64,000 bases of DNA from Dehalococcoidia bacterium (GCA_034423015.1 DAOUJG010000039.1:75633-139632); one strand, 5' to 3'; shown: positions 52,126-60,811, counted from the first letter of the stretch. Translations and numbers: made by a program. Notes: generated from the sequence alone by a model not told the origin.

Positions 52126-53289
52126 TCACGCCCGGGCCAGGAGGCGCTCCCGCACTCCCGTGTCCGAGGCGATGTCGATGGCGGTCCACGCCATGGCCGT
52201 GGCGCCGTCTATGACGGCCCTGTCGCCGGCGGGGCTGACGCAGTGGGCGGTGAACTCGGGCTGGTGGTTCACGGCGGGCAGGGAGTCTATCCCGATCATG
52301 GGATGTATGGAGGGCAGGGCCAGGGAGACGTTGCCCATGTCGGTGGAGGCGGCGGCCCGCTCCAGCATGGGGCCCAGGTCGGGGTAGCTGCGGCCCAGGG
52401 CCTCGCTGTTGCGCCGGTACATGTCGGCGATGGCCTCGTCGTGGTGCATCTCGGCATAGGGCTTGGTGCCCCCGACCACCTCCATGGTGCTGCCGGTGGC
52501 CAGGGCCCCCGCCTCGAAGCACCTGAGGACCCTTGGCCGTAGCTCCTCCATCTCCTCCAACGACTGTCCGCGCACGATGTACTTGGCGCTGGTGAAGGAG
52601 GGGATCACGTTGGGGGCGTCTCCGCCCTTGGTTATGATGCCGTGGACCCTCTGGGTGGGCAGGATGTGCTGCCGCAGCAGGCCGATGCTCGTCTGGGCGA
52701 TGGTCAGGGCGTCGGCGGCGTTGATACCCCGCTCGGGGAAGGCCGCGGCGTGGGCCTCTTTGCCGGTGTAGTTGACCTCGAACATGGACGCCGCGATTAT
52801 CCTGGGCATTACGATGTCGAAGGGCGCGGGGTGGACCATCATGGCGGCGTGCATTCCGTCGAAGGCGCCCCGCTCCAGCATCAATATCTTCCCGCCGGCG
52901 TCTCCGACCTCCTCGGCCGGCGTCCCGACCACACTGACTGTCAGGCCCAGGTCGTCGGCTACCCTGGCGGCGGCCAGCGCGGCGCCGATGGCGGCGGAGG
53001 CGATGATGTTGTGGCCGCAGGCGTGCCCGATGACGGGGAGGGCGTCGTACTCGGCGCAGATGCCCAGGTGCAGGGGACCGCTTCCCGCCCGGGCGATGAA
53101 CGCCGTGGGCAGATCGCACACGCCCGTCTCCACGACGAACCCCTTGTCGGACAGGAGCTCCGCCAGCCAGCCCGAGGACTTGGTCTCCTGGTAGCCCAGC
53201 TCCGGGTTCGCGTGAATCCTGTGGCTGAGCTCGATCAGGGAGTCTTGCTCTCCACGAATCAGCTCTCGAGCGCCGTCCTTCGCGTCCAT
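52126..53289 (-). CDS. M20-family amidohydrolase/peptidase (AbgB/hippurate-hydrolase-like)
   Basis: LSHRIHANPELGYQE, ICAEYDALPVIGHACGHN, GTPAEE motifs; 387 aa. Confidence 0.85.
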   Translation of the reverse strand: MDAKDGARELIRGEQDSLIELSHRIHANPELGYQETKSSGWLAELLSDKGFVVETGVCDLPTAFIARAGSGPLHLGICAEYDALPVIGHACGHNIIASAAIGAALAAARVADDLGLTVSVVGTPAEEVGDAGGKILMLERGAFDGMHAAMMVHPAPFDIVMPRIIAASMFEVNYTGKEAHAAAFPERGINAADALTIAQTSIGLLRQHILPTQRVHGIITKGGDAPNVIPSFTSAKYIVRGQSLEEMEELRPRVLRCFEAGALATGSTMEVVGGTKPYAEMHHDEAIADMYRRNSEALGRSYPDLGPMLERAAASTDMGNVSLALPSIHPMIGIDSLPAVNHQPEFTAHCVSPAGDRAVIDGATAMAWTAIDIASDTGVRERLLARA

Positions 53290-53376
53290 GACACCTCCTC
53301 AGGCCGTCCGCCCCGGCCCCATCATGGATTATACACCAGACCATGACCGTTGCCCCCCGGCGGCCCGGCGGCCCAA

Positions 53377-53385
53377 TGGTATACT
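53377..53385 (+). promoter_or_regulatory. extended -10 element (TGgTATACT) upstream of the molybdopterin-subunit gene
   Basis: TG at 53377-53378, TATACT at 53380-53385, no good -35. A TATAAT on the opposite strand (53328-53333) faces the M20 gene. Confidence 0.35.
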
Positions 53386-53435
53386 ACCCCCAACCCGGGC
53401 TCCCCCCAACTCGGCGTCCGCAGGGAGGCGATGAC

Positions 53436-55751
53436 GTGACAAGCTACCTGGGACGGTCGCTGCGCCGGTCCGAAGACCACCGGCTCCTCCAGGGCCGGGA
53501 CGCCTTCGTGGACGACATCCGCCTCCCCGACGCCCTGCACGCCTGCGCGGTCAGGAGTCCCCACGCCAGCGCCCGCATCGCGTCGGTGGACGCCGCGGAC
53601 GCCGCGAGCGCGCCGGGCGTGGTAACGGTGCTTACGGGGGAAGACCTGCGGGGCGTCCTCGGCGACGTGCCCACCCGCAGCATGGAGAGGGAGCCGGGGG
53701 TGGAGGAGATGCGGTCGGTGGGGCACCCGGTCCTGGCGCAGGACCGGGTGTGCTACGTGGGGCAGGCCGTTGCCATGGTGGTGGCCACGGACCGGTATGC
53801 CGCACGGGACGCCGCGGACCTGGTGAGGGTCGACTACGAGCCAATGGCCCCGCTGGTGGAGGCGCCCGCGGCCCTGGACGACGGGGCCACTTTGGTCCAT
53901 CCCGACCTGGGCACCAACGTGGGCATGCGGATCATACAGGAGGGCGGCGACGTGGAGGCGGCCTTCGCCCGGGCCGCCCACCGGGTGTCGGAGCGCTTCG
54001 ACGTCCAGCGGCTTGCCCCGGCGCCCATCGAGACCAGGGGGGTGCTGGCCAGGTACGAGGCCGACGACGACACTCTGACCGTCTGGTCTTCCACCCAGGA
54101 GCCCCACCAGCTAAGAAGGCACCTGGCCGCCGCCATGCACATGCCCGTCGACCGGGTCCGGGTCGTAGCCCCGGACGTGGGCGGCGGGTTTGGCGAGAAG
54201 AGCAGCATGTTCCCCGAGGAGTTCTGCATTCCGTACCTGGCGAAACACCTGGGAAGACCCGTGAAGTGGATAGAGGACCGTCAGGAGAACATGCTGGCCT
54301 TCCACGGCCGCGGCTACACCGTCGACGTCGAGGCCGCCGTGACGGAGGACGGCGTCATCGAGGGGATGCGGGTGAGGCTGGTGGCGGACCTGGGGGCGTA
54401 CACCCTGATCTCGACCCCGGCCATCCCCCTCCTTGCCGGTCACCGGGTGGCTGGGCCCTACAGGACCCCGGCAGCCAGGGTGGACGTCTTCGGCGTCTTC
54501 ACCAACAAGCCCCCCACCGGCGCCTACCGGGGAGCGGGAGGGCCCGAGTCAGCCTACTGCATAGAGCGCACCATGGACCTGATCGCCCGGGACCTAGGCC
54601 TGGACCCGGCGGAGGTGCGGCGGCGGAACCTGATCCCACCCGACGCCTTCCCCTTCGACACGCCCACGGGGCTCACCTACGACTCCGGCGACTACCAGCG
54701 CGCCCTGGACCGCGCGCTGGAGCTCTCCGGGTATGACTCCTGGCGGCAGAGGGCCGCGGAGCAGGGCCAAGACGGACCGCTGGTGGGAGTCGGCCTGGCG
54801 ACGGTGGTGAAGGCGTCGGGCGGCGCCGGGGAGATGAGGACCGAGGTGGCGGAGGTGCGGGTCCAGCCCTCGGGCCGGGTGGTGGCCTACACGGGCGTCT
54901 CTCCCCACGGCCAGGGAACGGAGACGACCTTCGCCCAGATAGTGGCCTCGGAGCTGGGCGTTACCCCCGGCGACGTGACGGTGACCCACGGGGACACCGA
55001 CCTCAACCCCCTGGGCGGAGGGACGGCCGCCAGCCGGGGGATGGTCGTGGGGTCCTCGGCGCTGCAGATGGTGGCCCGGCAGGCGCGGGCCAAGCTGGCC
55101 AGGACCGCGGCCCACCTGCTGGGCTGCCCCGCAGACCAGGTGGCCTTTGGCGACGGGAGAGCCTACGTCGGCGGCGACCCATCCCGGTGGACGCCCTACG
55201 CCGACGTCGCCTCGGCGGCCTACGACGAGGAGCGGCTGCCTCCCGGCGAGGAGCCGGGCCTGCTCTTCGCAGGGTCGTTCACCCTGCCGGGTCCCGCCTT
55301 CGGTTTCGGGGCCCACGTGGCGGTGGTGGAGGTGGACCGGGACACGGGGGACGTGAAGATCGTGAAGTACGCCGCCGTCCACGACGTGGGCCGGGTGGTG
55401 AACCCCATGCTCCTGGACGGCCAGGTCCACGGCGCCATCGTCCAGGGCATCGGCCAGGCCCTGACAGAGGAGGTCAGCTTCGGCCCCGACGGTCAGCCCC
55501 TGACGGCCAGCCTCCTGGACTACTCGCTGCCCGACGCCGGCGGCACGCCGTGGATGGAGCTGGACACCATCGAGACGCCCTCGCCCATGACACCCCTGGG
55601 AGTAAAGGGGGTGGGGGAGCTGCCCACCGTGGCCGCCCCCGTGGCCGTGGCCAACGCGGTCATGAACGCCCTGGCGCCCCTGGGCGTGCGGGACATCGAG
55701 ACACCGCTGACGCCCGAGCGGGTGTGGAGGGCGATTCACGGAGGCGGGTGA
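53436..55751 (+). CDS. xanthine dehydrogenase/aldehyde oxidase/CoxL-family molybdopterin-binding subunit
   Basis: LGRSLRRSEDHRLLQGRDAFVDDI N-terminus, GGGFG(E)K, AYRGAGGPE, GxGE..(GVGELPTVAAPVAVANAV) C-terminal motif. GTG 53436 sits 7 nt after gggagg. Confidence 0.88.
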   Translation: MTSYLGRSLRRSEDHRLLQGRDAFVDDIRLPDALHACAVRSPHASARIASVDAADAASAPGVVTVLTGEDLRGVLGDVPTRSMEREPGVEEMRSVGHPVLAQDRVCYVGQAVAMVVATDRYAARDAADLVRVDYEPMAPLVEAPAALDDGATLVHPDLGTNVGMRIIQEGGDVEAAFARAAHRVSERFDVQRLAPAPIETRGVLARYEADDDTLTVWSSTQEPHQLRRHLAAAMHMPVDRVRVVAPDVGGGFGEKSSMFPEEFCIPYLAKHLGRPVKWIEDRQENMLAFHGRGYTVDVEAAVTEDGVIEGMRVRLVADLGAYTLISTPAIPLLAGHRVAGPYRTPAARVDVFGVFTNKPPTGAYRGAGGPESAYCIERTMDLIARDLGLDPAEVRRRNLIPPDAFPFDTPTGLTYDSGDYQRALDRALELSGYDSWRQRAAEQGQDGPLVGVGLATVVKASGGAGEMRTEVAEVRVQPSGRVVAYTGVSPHGQGTETTFAQIVASELGVTPGDVTVTHGDTDLNPLGGGTAASRGMVVGSSALQMVARQARAKLARTAAHLLGCPADQVAFGDGRAYVGGDPSRWTPYADVASAAYDEERLPPGEEPGLLFAGSFTLPGPAFGFGAHVAVVEVDRDTGDVKIVKYAAVHDVGRVVNPMLLDGQVHGAIVQGIGQALTEEVSFGPDGQPLTASLLDYSLPDAGGTPWMELDTIETPSPMTPLGVKGVGELPTVAAPVAVANAVMNALAPLGVRDIETPLTPERVWRAIHGGG

Positions 55752-55791
55752 GTGTGCATAAATATATGTGACTCAGTAATGGAGCAGTACA

Positions 55792-56046
55792 ATGCGCACA
55801 CACATGGTCCTACCAGACGACCTCATCAAGAGTATCGATTCCCTGGTAGGTAGAGGGAAGAGGACGCGGTTTGTGCAGGAGGCGATTCGGGAGAAGCTTC
55901 GGCGCGAGACTCTAGTCGCTGCCCTGGAGGCGACTGCCGGAGTCCTGGCGAAGGATGACCATCCCGAATGGGATACCACCGAGAAGGTTGCCGCCTGGGT
56001 GAGGGAAACGCGCCGTCAGGGCCCCGACGAGTCCGATAGTGGCTAA
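55792..56046 (+). CDS. ribbon-helix-helix (CopG/VapB-like) antitoxin-type protein
   Basis: MRTHMVLPDDLIKSIDSLVGRGKRTRFVQEAIREKL is a canonical RHH N-terminus; 84 aa. Confidence 0.65.
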   Translation: MRTHMVLPDDLIKSIDSLVGRGKRTRFVQEAIREKLRRETLVAALEATAGVLAKDDHPEWDTTEKVAAWVRETRRQGPDESDSG

Positions 56047-56266
56047 GTATCCCGCCTACACGCGGTACCTGTCGATGAACTCCCAAATTGGTGGACGGAC
56101 TGTTGTCGGCGGTCGGTTCGTGGCTGAGGGAGTCATCGGTAAGACGAGGATTCACCCCTAGACGCTCGTGGGTGGTCGTCTGTGGTTGACGGCATTGAAT
56201 CTCAACGGCGGCTGAGGGTCTGGAAGTGCTTCAGACTCATGGTCATGGCATAGACACCCTATTCCT

Positions 56267-56644
56267 CTAGAACACCAACACGACTACTAAAGCAACTAGA
56301 GTCGCTACAAAAAGCCCAAACCCCACGAATTGTTTCCTCTCCGCTGCGGCGAGACTCGCCCGATCGATATCGTGTTGCTTCTCCGCTGCGGCGAGACTCG
56401 CCTGATCGATATCGTGTTGCTTCTTCGCTGCGGCGAGACTCGCCTGATCGATATCGTGTTGCTTCTTCGCGTCCGCGAGCTGGGCCTCCAAATCTGCCAG
56501 TAGTTCTAGGAGCTCTCGGAGCTCTCGATCGTCTATCGCCGGTTTTTTTCCAAAAATTTTCCTGTCGAGGAACTTCGAGGCCGCCATCAACCCTAGTTTC
56601 TTCGCTAGTGCCGCCAATACAGGCGGAATAATCGGTAGTGCCAT
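56267..56644 (-). CDS. tail-anchored coiled-coil protein with 3 tandem 14-aa repeats (KKQHDIDQASLAAA)
   Basis: 125 aa, C-terminal TM FVGFGLFVATLVALVVVLVF. The repeats are encoded by a 42-bp tandem array. Confidence 0.55.
   Translation of the reverse strand: MALPIIPPVLAALAKKLGLMAASKFLDRKIFGKKPAIDDRELRELLELLADLEAQLADAKKQHDIDQASLAAAKKQHDIDQASLAAAEKQHDIDRASLAAAERKQFVGFGLFVATLVALVVVLVF
56339..56464. repeat. 3 x 42-bp tandem repeat (plus a partial 4th) inside ORF 56267-56644
   Basis: Units at 56339-56380, 56381-56422 and 56423-56464 differ by 1-2 nt. Confidence 0.95.
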
Positions 56645-56794
56645 TTAGAGCCAACCTGTCCAGCGCTTGGGTGTCTCCGCCTTACTCTCCCCATAACTTG
56701 GGCGAAGGCCTCGCGCCTTGCTTCTGCCAGCCTGGCAGTCCCGGCGTACCCATGCCGGCAGGATGCGGTCGGGGGACTCTGGGCGGGCGCTCTC

Positions 56795-57868
56795 CTACAC
56801 CCTGTACCTGTCGATGAACTCCCAGTCCAGGTCGAGGCCCAGGCCCGGCTTCTCGGTCATGGCGATCCGGCCGTTCTCCACTATGAAGGGCGGCGAGTAG
56901 AGCCTGGACCATATCTGGAAGTCCTCCACGTGGGGACAGGTGGACACCATGAAGCCGTTGGGCACCGCCGCCACCATGTGGCAGTTGATGTCCGGGTACT
57001 GGGCGCCGTGGGGGGCGAAGGGGAGATGGTACGCCTCGGCCAACGCGGCGATCTTGCGCAGGCCCGTGTAGCCGCCGCCCTCCAGGATGTCCGTCTGCAC
57101 CACCTGAAGCGCCCCCTCGTTGAGCAGGCGGCGGACGCCGAAGAGGGTTCCCTCGGCCTCGCCGCCGGTGACCAGCGCCTTCGTGTTGGCCTGGACCATG
57201 CGCATGTACATGGGCTCGTCGTCGTGGCGGACGGGTTCCTCTATCCAGTAGAGACCGTAGGGCTCCAGCTTCTTCACCATCTCCACCGCCAGGGGCCCGG
57301 ACCAGGCGCGCCACACGTCTATCATGAGCCTCTTGTCGGGGCCGATGACCTCCCGGCAGAGGCGCACCTTGTCCAGCACCTCCTGGGGGTCGCTCCTGTG
57401 GAAGTGGAGCTTGAAGGCGTCGAAGCCAAGGGCCTGATGGCCATCGATCTTGGCCGCCACGGCCTGGGGAGACTGGTCCGAGAAGTCGATGCCGTCGGCG
57501 TAGGCGGGAACGGTGTCCTTGAATCCGCCCAGCAGCCGCCACACCGGCTGCCCGCAGACCCTCCCATACAGGTCCCACAGGGCCACGTCCACCGCGCCGA
57601 TGGAGGCCATCCCGGCCCGGTTGGGGCCGCGGTAGCGCCACACGGACTCGTACATGCGGTCCCACAGGGACGCGATATTCCGGGGGTCGCTGCCCACCAG
57701 CAGCGGCGCCAGGTCGCCCGAGATGACGCCCACGTCCCCTCCACGTCCGAACCCCGTGACGCCCTCGTCGGTGTGGACCAGCACGTTGACCCAGTCCCTG
57801 GTCTGGGCGGCTTCCGGCGGCCCGACGGGGCACCGGAGCACGACAGGCTCGACTTCGGTTATACGCAC
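56795..57868 (-). CDS. enolase-superfamily enzyme (mandelate racemase/muconate lactonizing family)
   Basis: MRITEVEPVVL..., AVDVALWDLYGRVCGQPVWRLLGG, LMIDVWRAW, YGLYWIEEP; 357 aa. Confidence 0.85.
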   Translation of the reverse strand: MRITEVEPVVLRCPVGPPEAAQTRDWVNVLVHTDEGVTGFGRGGDVGVISGDLAPLLVGSDPRNIASLWDRMYESVWRYRGPNRAGMASIGAVDVALWDLYGRVCGQPVWRLLGGFKDTVPAYADGIDFSDQSPQAVAAKIDGHQALGFDAFKLHFHRSDPQEVLDKVRLCREVIGPDKRLMIDVWRAWSGPLAVEMVKKLEPYGLYWIEEPVRHDDEPMYMRMVQANTKALVTGGEAEGTLFGVRRLLNEGALQVVQTDILEGGGYTGLRKIAALAEAYHLPFAPHGAQYPDINCHMVAAVPNGFMVSTCPHVEDFQIWSRLYSPPFIVENGRIAMTEKPGLGLDLDWEFIDRYRV

Positions 57869-57871
57869 GGC

Positions 57872-58237
57872 CTACCCCTTGTTCTCGGTGACCTCGATGC
57901 GCACGCCGTCGGGACCCTCCAGGAATGCGCACGGCCCCATGGAGGAGGGAAGCTGCTCCAGCACCTTGGCGCCCGCCGCCTCGAGCTGCTGCAGGGACTC
58001 TTTCAGGTCGTCGGTGAACAGGCCGATGTGCTCCAGGCCGGCGAACTGCTCCAGCTCCTGGCCCTGGACGAACCCGGTTATGTTAAGGGGCACGCCGTCC
58101 AGGTCGAGGCGGATGCCCACGGTCCCCGCCACCTCTTTCTTGCGGGTGATCTTGGCTCCCAGGTTGTCCGCCCACCACTGGGCCGTCTTCTCGGGGTCGG
58201 GGCTCTTGAAGTGCAGGTTGTGGATCCTGTAGGCCAC
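57872..58237 (-). CDS. VOC (glyoxalase/bleomycin-resistance/dioxygenase) family protein, copy 1
   Basis: VAYRIHNLHFKSPDPEKTAQWWADNLGA...GLEHIGLFTDDL. GTG 58237 behind aggaagg, aligned with the paralog's start. Confidence 0.75.
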   Translation of the reverse strand: MAYRIHNLHFKSPDPEKTAQWWADNLGAKITRKKEVAGTVGIRLDLDGVPLNITGFVQGQELEQFAGLEHIGLFTDDLKESLQQLEAAGAKVLEQLPSSMGPCAFLEGPDGVRIEVTENKG

Positions 58238-58282
58238 GGGACGCCTCCTTCCTGATATACCCATGTTCATGTCCCCATCCGG

Positions 58283-58657
58283 CTAATCGTCTTTCTGGGT
58301 GATCTCCAGGCGCACGCCCTCGGGGCCCTCCACGAAGGCGCCCTTCTGCCCGTAGGGGTTCACGAAGTGCTCCAGCACACGCCCGCCGCCGGCCTCGACA
58401 TCGGCCAGCGTGGCCTCGAGGTCCGAGGTGTATATGCCGACGTGCTCCAGCCCGTACCACTGGTTGGAGGTCTGCCCCGTTGTGAACCCGGTGAACATCA
58501 GGGGAACCCCCCCGAGCTCCACCCGCACGGCGATGGTGCCGATGCTGGAGAGCTCCCTCTCGTAGGAGAGCTCGGCGCCCAGGTTGTCGATGTACCACTG
58601 GGCGGACTTTCGGGGATCGGGGCTCTTGAAGTGGAAGTTGTTGACGCTGAACGGCAT
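58283..58657 (-). CDS. VOC family protein, copy 2
   Basis: MPFSVNNFHFKSPDPRKSAQWYIDNLGA...GLEHVGIYTSDL; 124 aa. Confidence 0.78.
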   Translation of the reverse strand: MPFSVNNFHFKSPDPRKSAQWYIDNLGAELSYERELSSIGTIAVRVELGGVPLMFTGFTTGQTSNQWYGLEHVGIYTSDLEATLADVEAGGGRVLEHFVNPYGQKGAFVEGPEGVRLEITQKDD

Positions 58658-58775
58658 GAATCACCTCCGGGAATGGGCGCCGGGAGAACACCCGTAGAAT
58701 AGCCCGCCGGCCGGACGCGGTCAAGGTCTCTACGGAGCCGCAACCCGGGCCGCGACCTGGGCCGCGCCGCCGTTC

Positions 58776-58804
58776 TTGACACCCCGTTGGCCCGGTGATA
58801 GTCT
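58776..58804 (+). promoter_or_regulatory. promoter candidate for LLM copy 2 (TTGACA-17-TAGTCT with TG extension)
   Basis: -35 TTGACA(CC) at 58776-58781, TGa at 58796-58798, -10 at 58799-58804. Confidence 0.4.
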
Positions 58805-58885
58805 GCCCACTAGGCCGCCCTGTGGCTGGGCAGCCGGGTTCCGGCGAGGCCCCGGGAGCCGGGACGGCGGCCAAGGGGGACGCCC

Positions 58886-60046
58886 ATGAAGGACCAGGTA
58901 GAGGTATTCTTCCACTCACAGCAACCCTACACCCACGTGGAGGAGGACGACCTCAAGAACTACCCCTCCCGCATCCAGTTCCCCAACGACAGGTTCGATC
59001 CCAAGAAGGCGGTCCAGCTATACAACCAGTACCACGAGCAGTACGCCTGCGCCGACGAGAGCGGCCTGGACGGCATCATGACCAACGAGCACCACGCGGC
59101 CTACTGGAACATGAAGCCCTCGGCCAACCTGGACGCCGCCGTCATTGCCAAGATCACCAAGAGGGTGAAGATAGCCATCCTGGGCAACATACTCCCCATC
59201 AACGACCCCATCAGGATGGCCGAAGAGATCGCCATGCTGGACCTGTACTCCAACGGCCGTCTCATCTCCGGCTTCGTCCGGGGCAGCCCCACCGAGACCC
59301 TTCAGGCGGGGTTGGACCCCAGCGAGAACCGGGAGAGGTTCGAGGAGTCCCACGACCTGATTATCAAGGCCTGGACCACCCCCGGGCCGTTCCGCTACGA
59401 GGGAAAGCACTTCCACTACCGGAACGTCAATCCCTGGGTGCTGCCCATCCAGAAGCCCCATCCCCCCATATGGTTCCCCGGCGGCAGCAGCCCGGAGAGC
59501 CTTAACTGGGCGGCGACCCACCAGTACACGTACATCAACCTGGGCGCCATCCTGGACCTGACCCTGGACCTGAAGAGGATGTACATAGAAACGGCCCATG
59601 AGGTGGGGTTCACCCCCGGTCCCGAGCACTTCGGCTACCAGCTAAGGTGCTTCTGCGCCGACACCGACGAGACGGCCCAGGAGATAGGCCGGAACTTCAT
59701 GTGGACCGTGGACCACAGGCTCCGGGGGCCCCGTGAGCACAACGACCCGCCGGGCTACCAGTCCCGCGCAGCCTCGGTACTGATGAAGCGCCGCCCGGGC
59801 TCCAGCGCCCGGGGCCGGGCCATGACCTACGAGGAGCTCCAAGATATCAACACGGTGGTGGTGGGCAGCCCCGAGACGGTGACGCGCAAGCTGCGGAACC
59901 TGGTGGAGGCCCTGAACCCCGGATACCTGATACTCATCGGCATCGACGGGCCCATCCCCCACGAGCACATGCTGCGCTCCCTGGAGCTGCTGGGCACGGA
60001 GGTGGTCCCCGCCCTCCACGAGGTCAAGCTCCAGCCCTACGAGTAG
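58886..60046 (+). CDS. LLM-class flavin-dependent oxidoreductase, copy 2
   Basis: Paralog of 13136-14314 (VEVFFHSQQPYTHV, GLDGIMTNEHHA, IAMLDLYSNGRLISGFVRG). Confidence 0.85.
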   Translation: MKDQVEVFFHSQQPYTHVEEDDLKNYPSRIQFPNDRFDPKKAVQLYNQYHEQYACADESGLDGIMTNEHHAAYWNMKPSANLDAAVIAKITKRVKIAILGNILPINDPIRMAEEIAMLDLYSNGRLISGFVRGSPTETLQAGLDPSENRERFEESHDLIIKAWTTPGPFRYEGKHFHYRNVNPWVLPIQKPHPPIWFPGGSSPESLNWAATHQYTYINLGAILDLTLDLKRMYIETAHEVGFTPGPEHFGYQLRCFCADTDETAQEIGRNFMWTVDHRLRGPREHNDPPGYQSRAASVLMKRRPGSSARGRAMTYEELQDINTVVVGSPETVTRKLRNLVEALNPGYLILIGIDGPIPHEHMLRSLELLGTEVVPALHEVKLQPYE

Positions 60047-60074
60047 CTCCGCACGCGCCTGGCGGCATGCCCCT

Positions 60075-60420
60075 CCCCTGGGTCCCGGCCTTCGCTGGGA
60101 TGACAGTAAAGCCCCCTCGCCCGTCATTCCGAGCGGAGCGCAGCGCAGCCGAGGAATCTCACCTCCGCCCTTGCGAGCCCCGGCCCGACCGCCACCCGCG
60201 CTCGAGGACACGGGCCTGAGATTCCTCGCTGCGCTCGGAATGACAGATGGGGCGGCTCGGGATGACGGTGGCTCTGGATGACGGTAAGGAGGGCTCTCCC
60301 TCCGTCACCCCCGCGAAAGCTGGGGGCCACGGCCCCCGACCCCCTGGGTCCCGGCGATGGTGTCGCTCATTCTCCCGCCCTCAGTCCCCACGGCCCCCCC
60401 AACCCTGGGTCCCGGCCTAC
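60075..60420. repeat. cluster of REP-like intergenic repeats
   Basis: Three copies of ccctgggtcccggc (starting at about 60076, 60342 and 60403). Three copies of (g/t)ggatgac(a/g)gt. One long inverted repeat, gtcattccgagcg..gaggaatctca (60123-60161) against 60217-60244. Confidence 0.7.
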
Positions 60421-60551
60421 GCAGCGACGACGGGGTGGGCGTTCGCCATCATGGAGAAGCCGGGTGCGGCAGGCAGTGGGGAAGGGTTCCTCGCAGTTGC
60501 GGGCGGGAGCCGGGGGTCCCGGACAGCGGGCTGGCCCGGGGGCCGCGCCCC

Positions 60552-60794
60552 TTAGCCGGAGCGGAGGGCGGCGTCGATGACGCCGGCCAGGCGGTCCGTC
60601 TCCGCGGGGACATCCTCGGGCTCCACGGGGATGGGCAACTTGTCCAGCTCGTCCACCACGGCTCCCCGCAGGACCGACGCTTCCTCAGGAGAGAGGCCCC
60701 AGTGGGCAACCACGTCCTCAGGGCTGTACAGGACGACCTGGCGAAAGCCGTAGTCGGCGATGGCCTTTCCCGCTATCTCCACCAAAGCGCTCAT
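60552..60794 (-). CDS. small hypothetical protein (80 aa) with FRxxxL-x-PE...LSxEE helical motif (NHLP-clan/LigA-like resemblance)
   Basis: MSALVEIAGKAIADYGFRQVVLYSPEDVVAHWGLSPEEASVLRG.... Lies 17 nt downstream of the SDR gene on the same strand. Family assignment is tentative. Confidence 0.4.
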   Translation of the reverse strand: MSALVEIAGKAIADYGFRQVVLYSPEDVVAHWGLSPEEASVLRGAVVDELDKLPIPVEPEDVPAETDRLAGVIDAALRSG

Positions 60795-60811
60795 GCTGCA
60801 GCTCCCACGGA

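Noticed and set aside
60247-60580. ORFs 60247-60555, 60278-60580, 60357-61127 and 60124-60330 in the repeat tract.
   Set aside because: These are translations of REP-like repeats (VTPAKAGG, SFRAQRGIS-type peptides). They are mutually overlapping with no start context.
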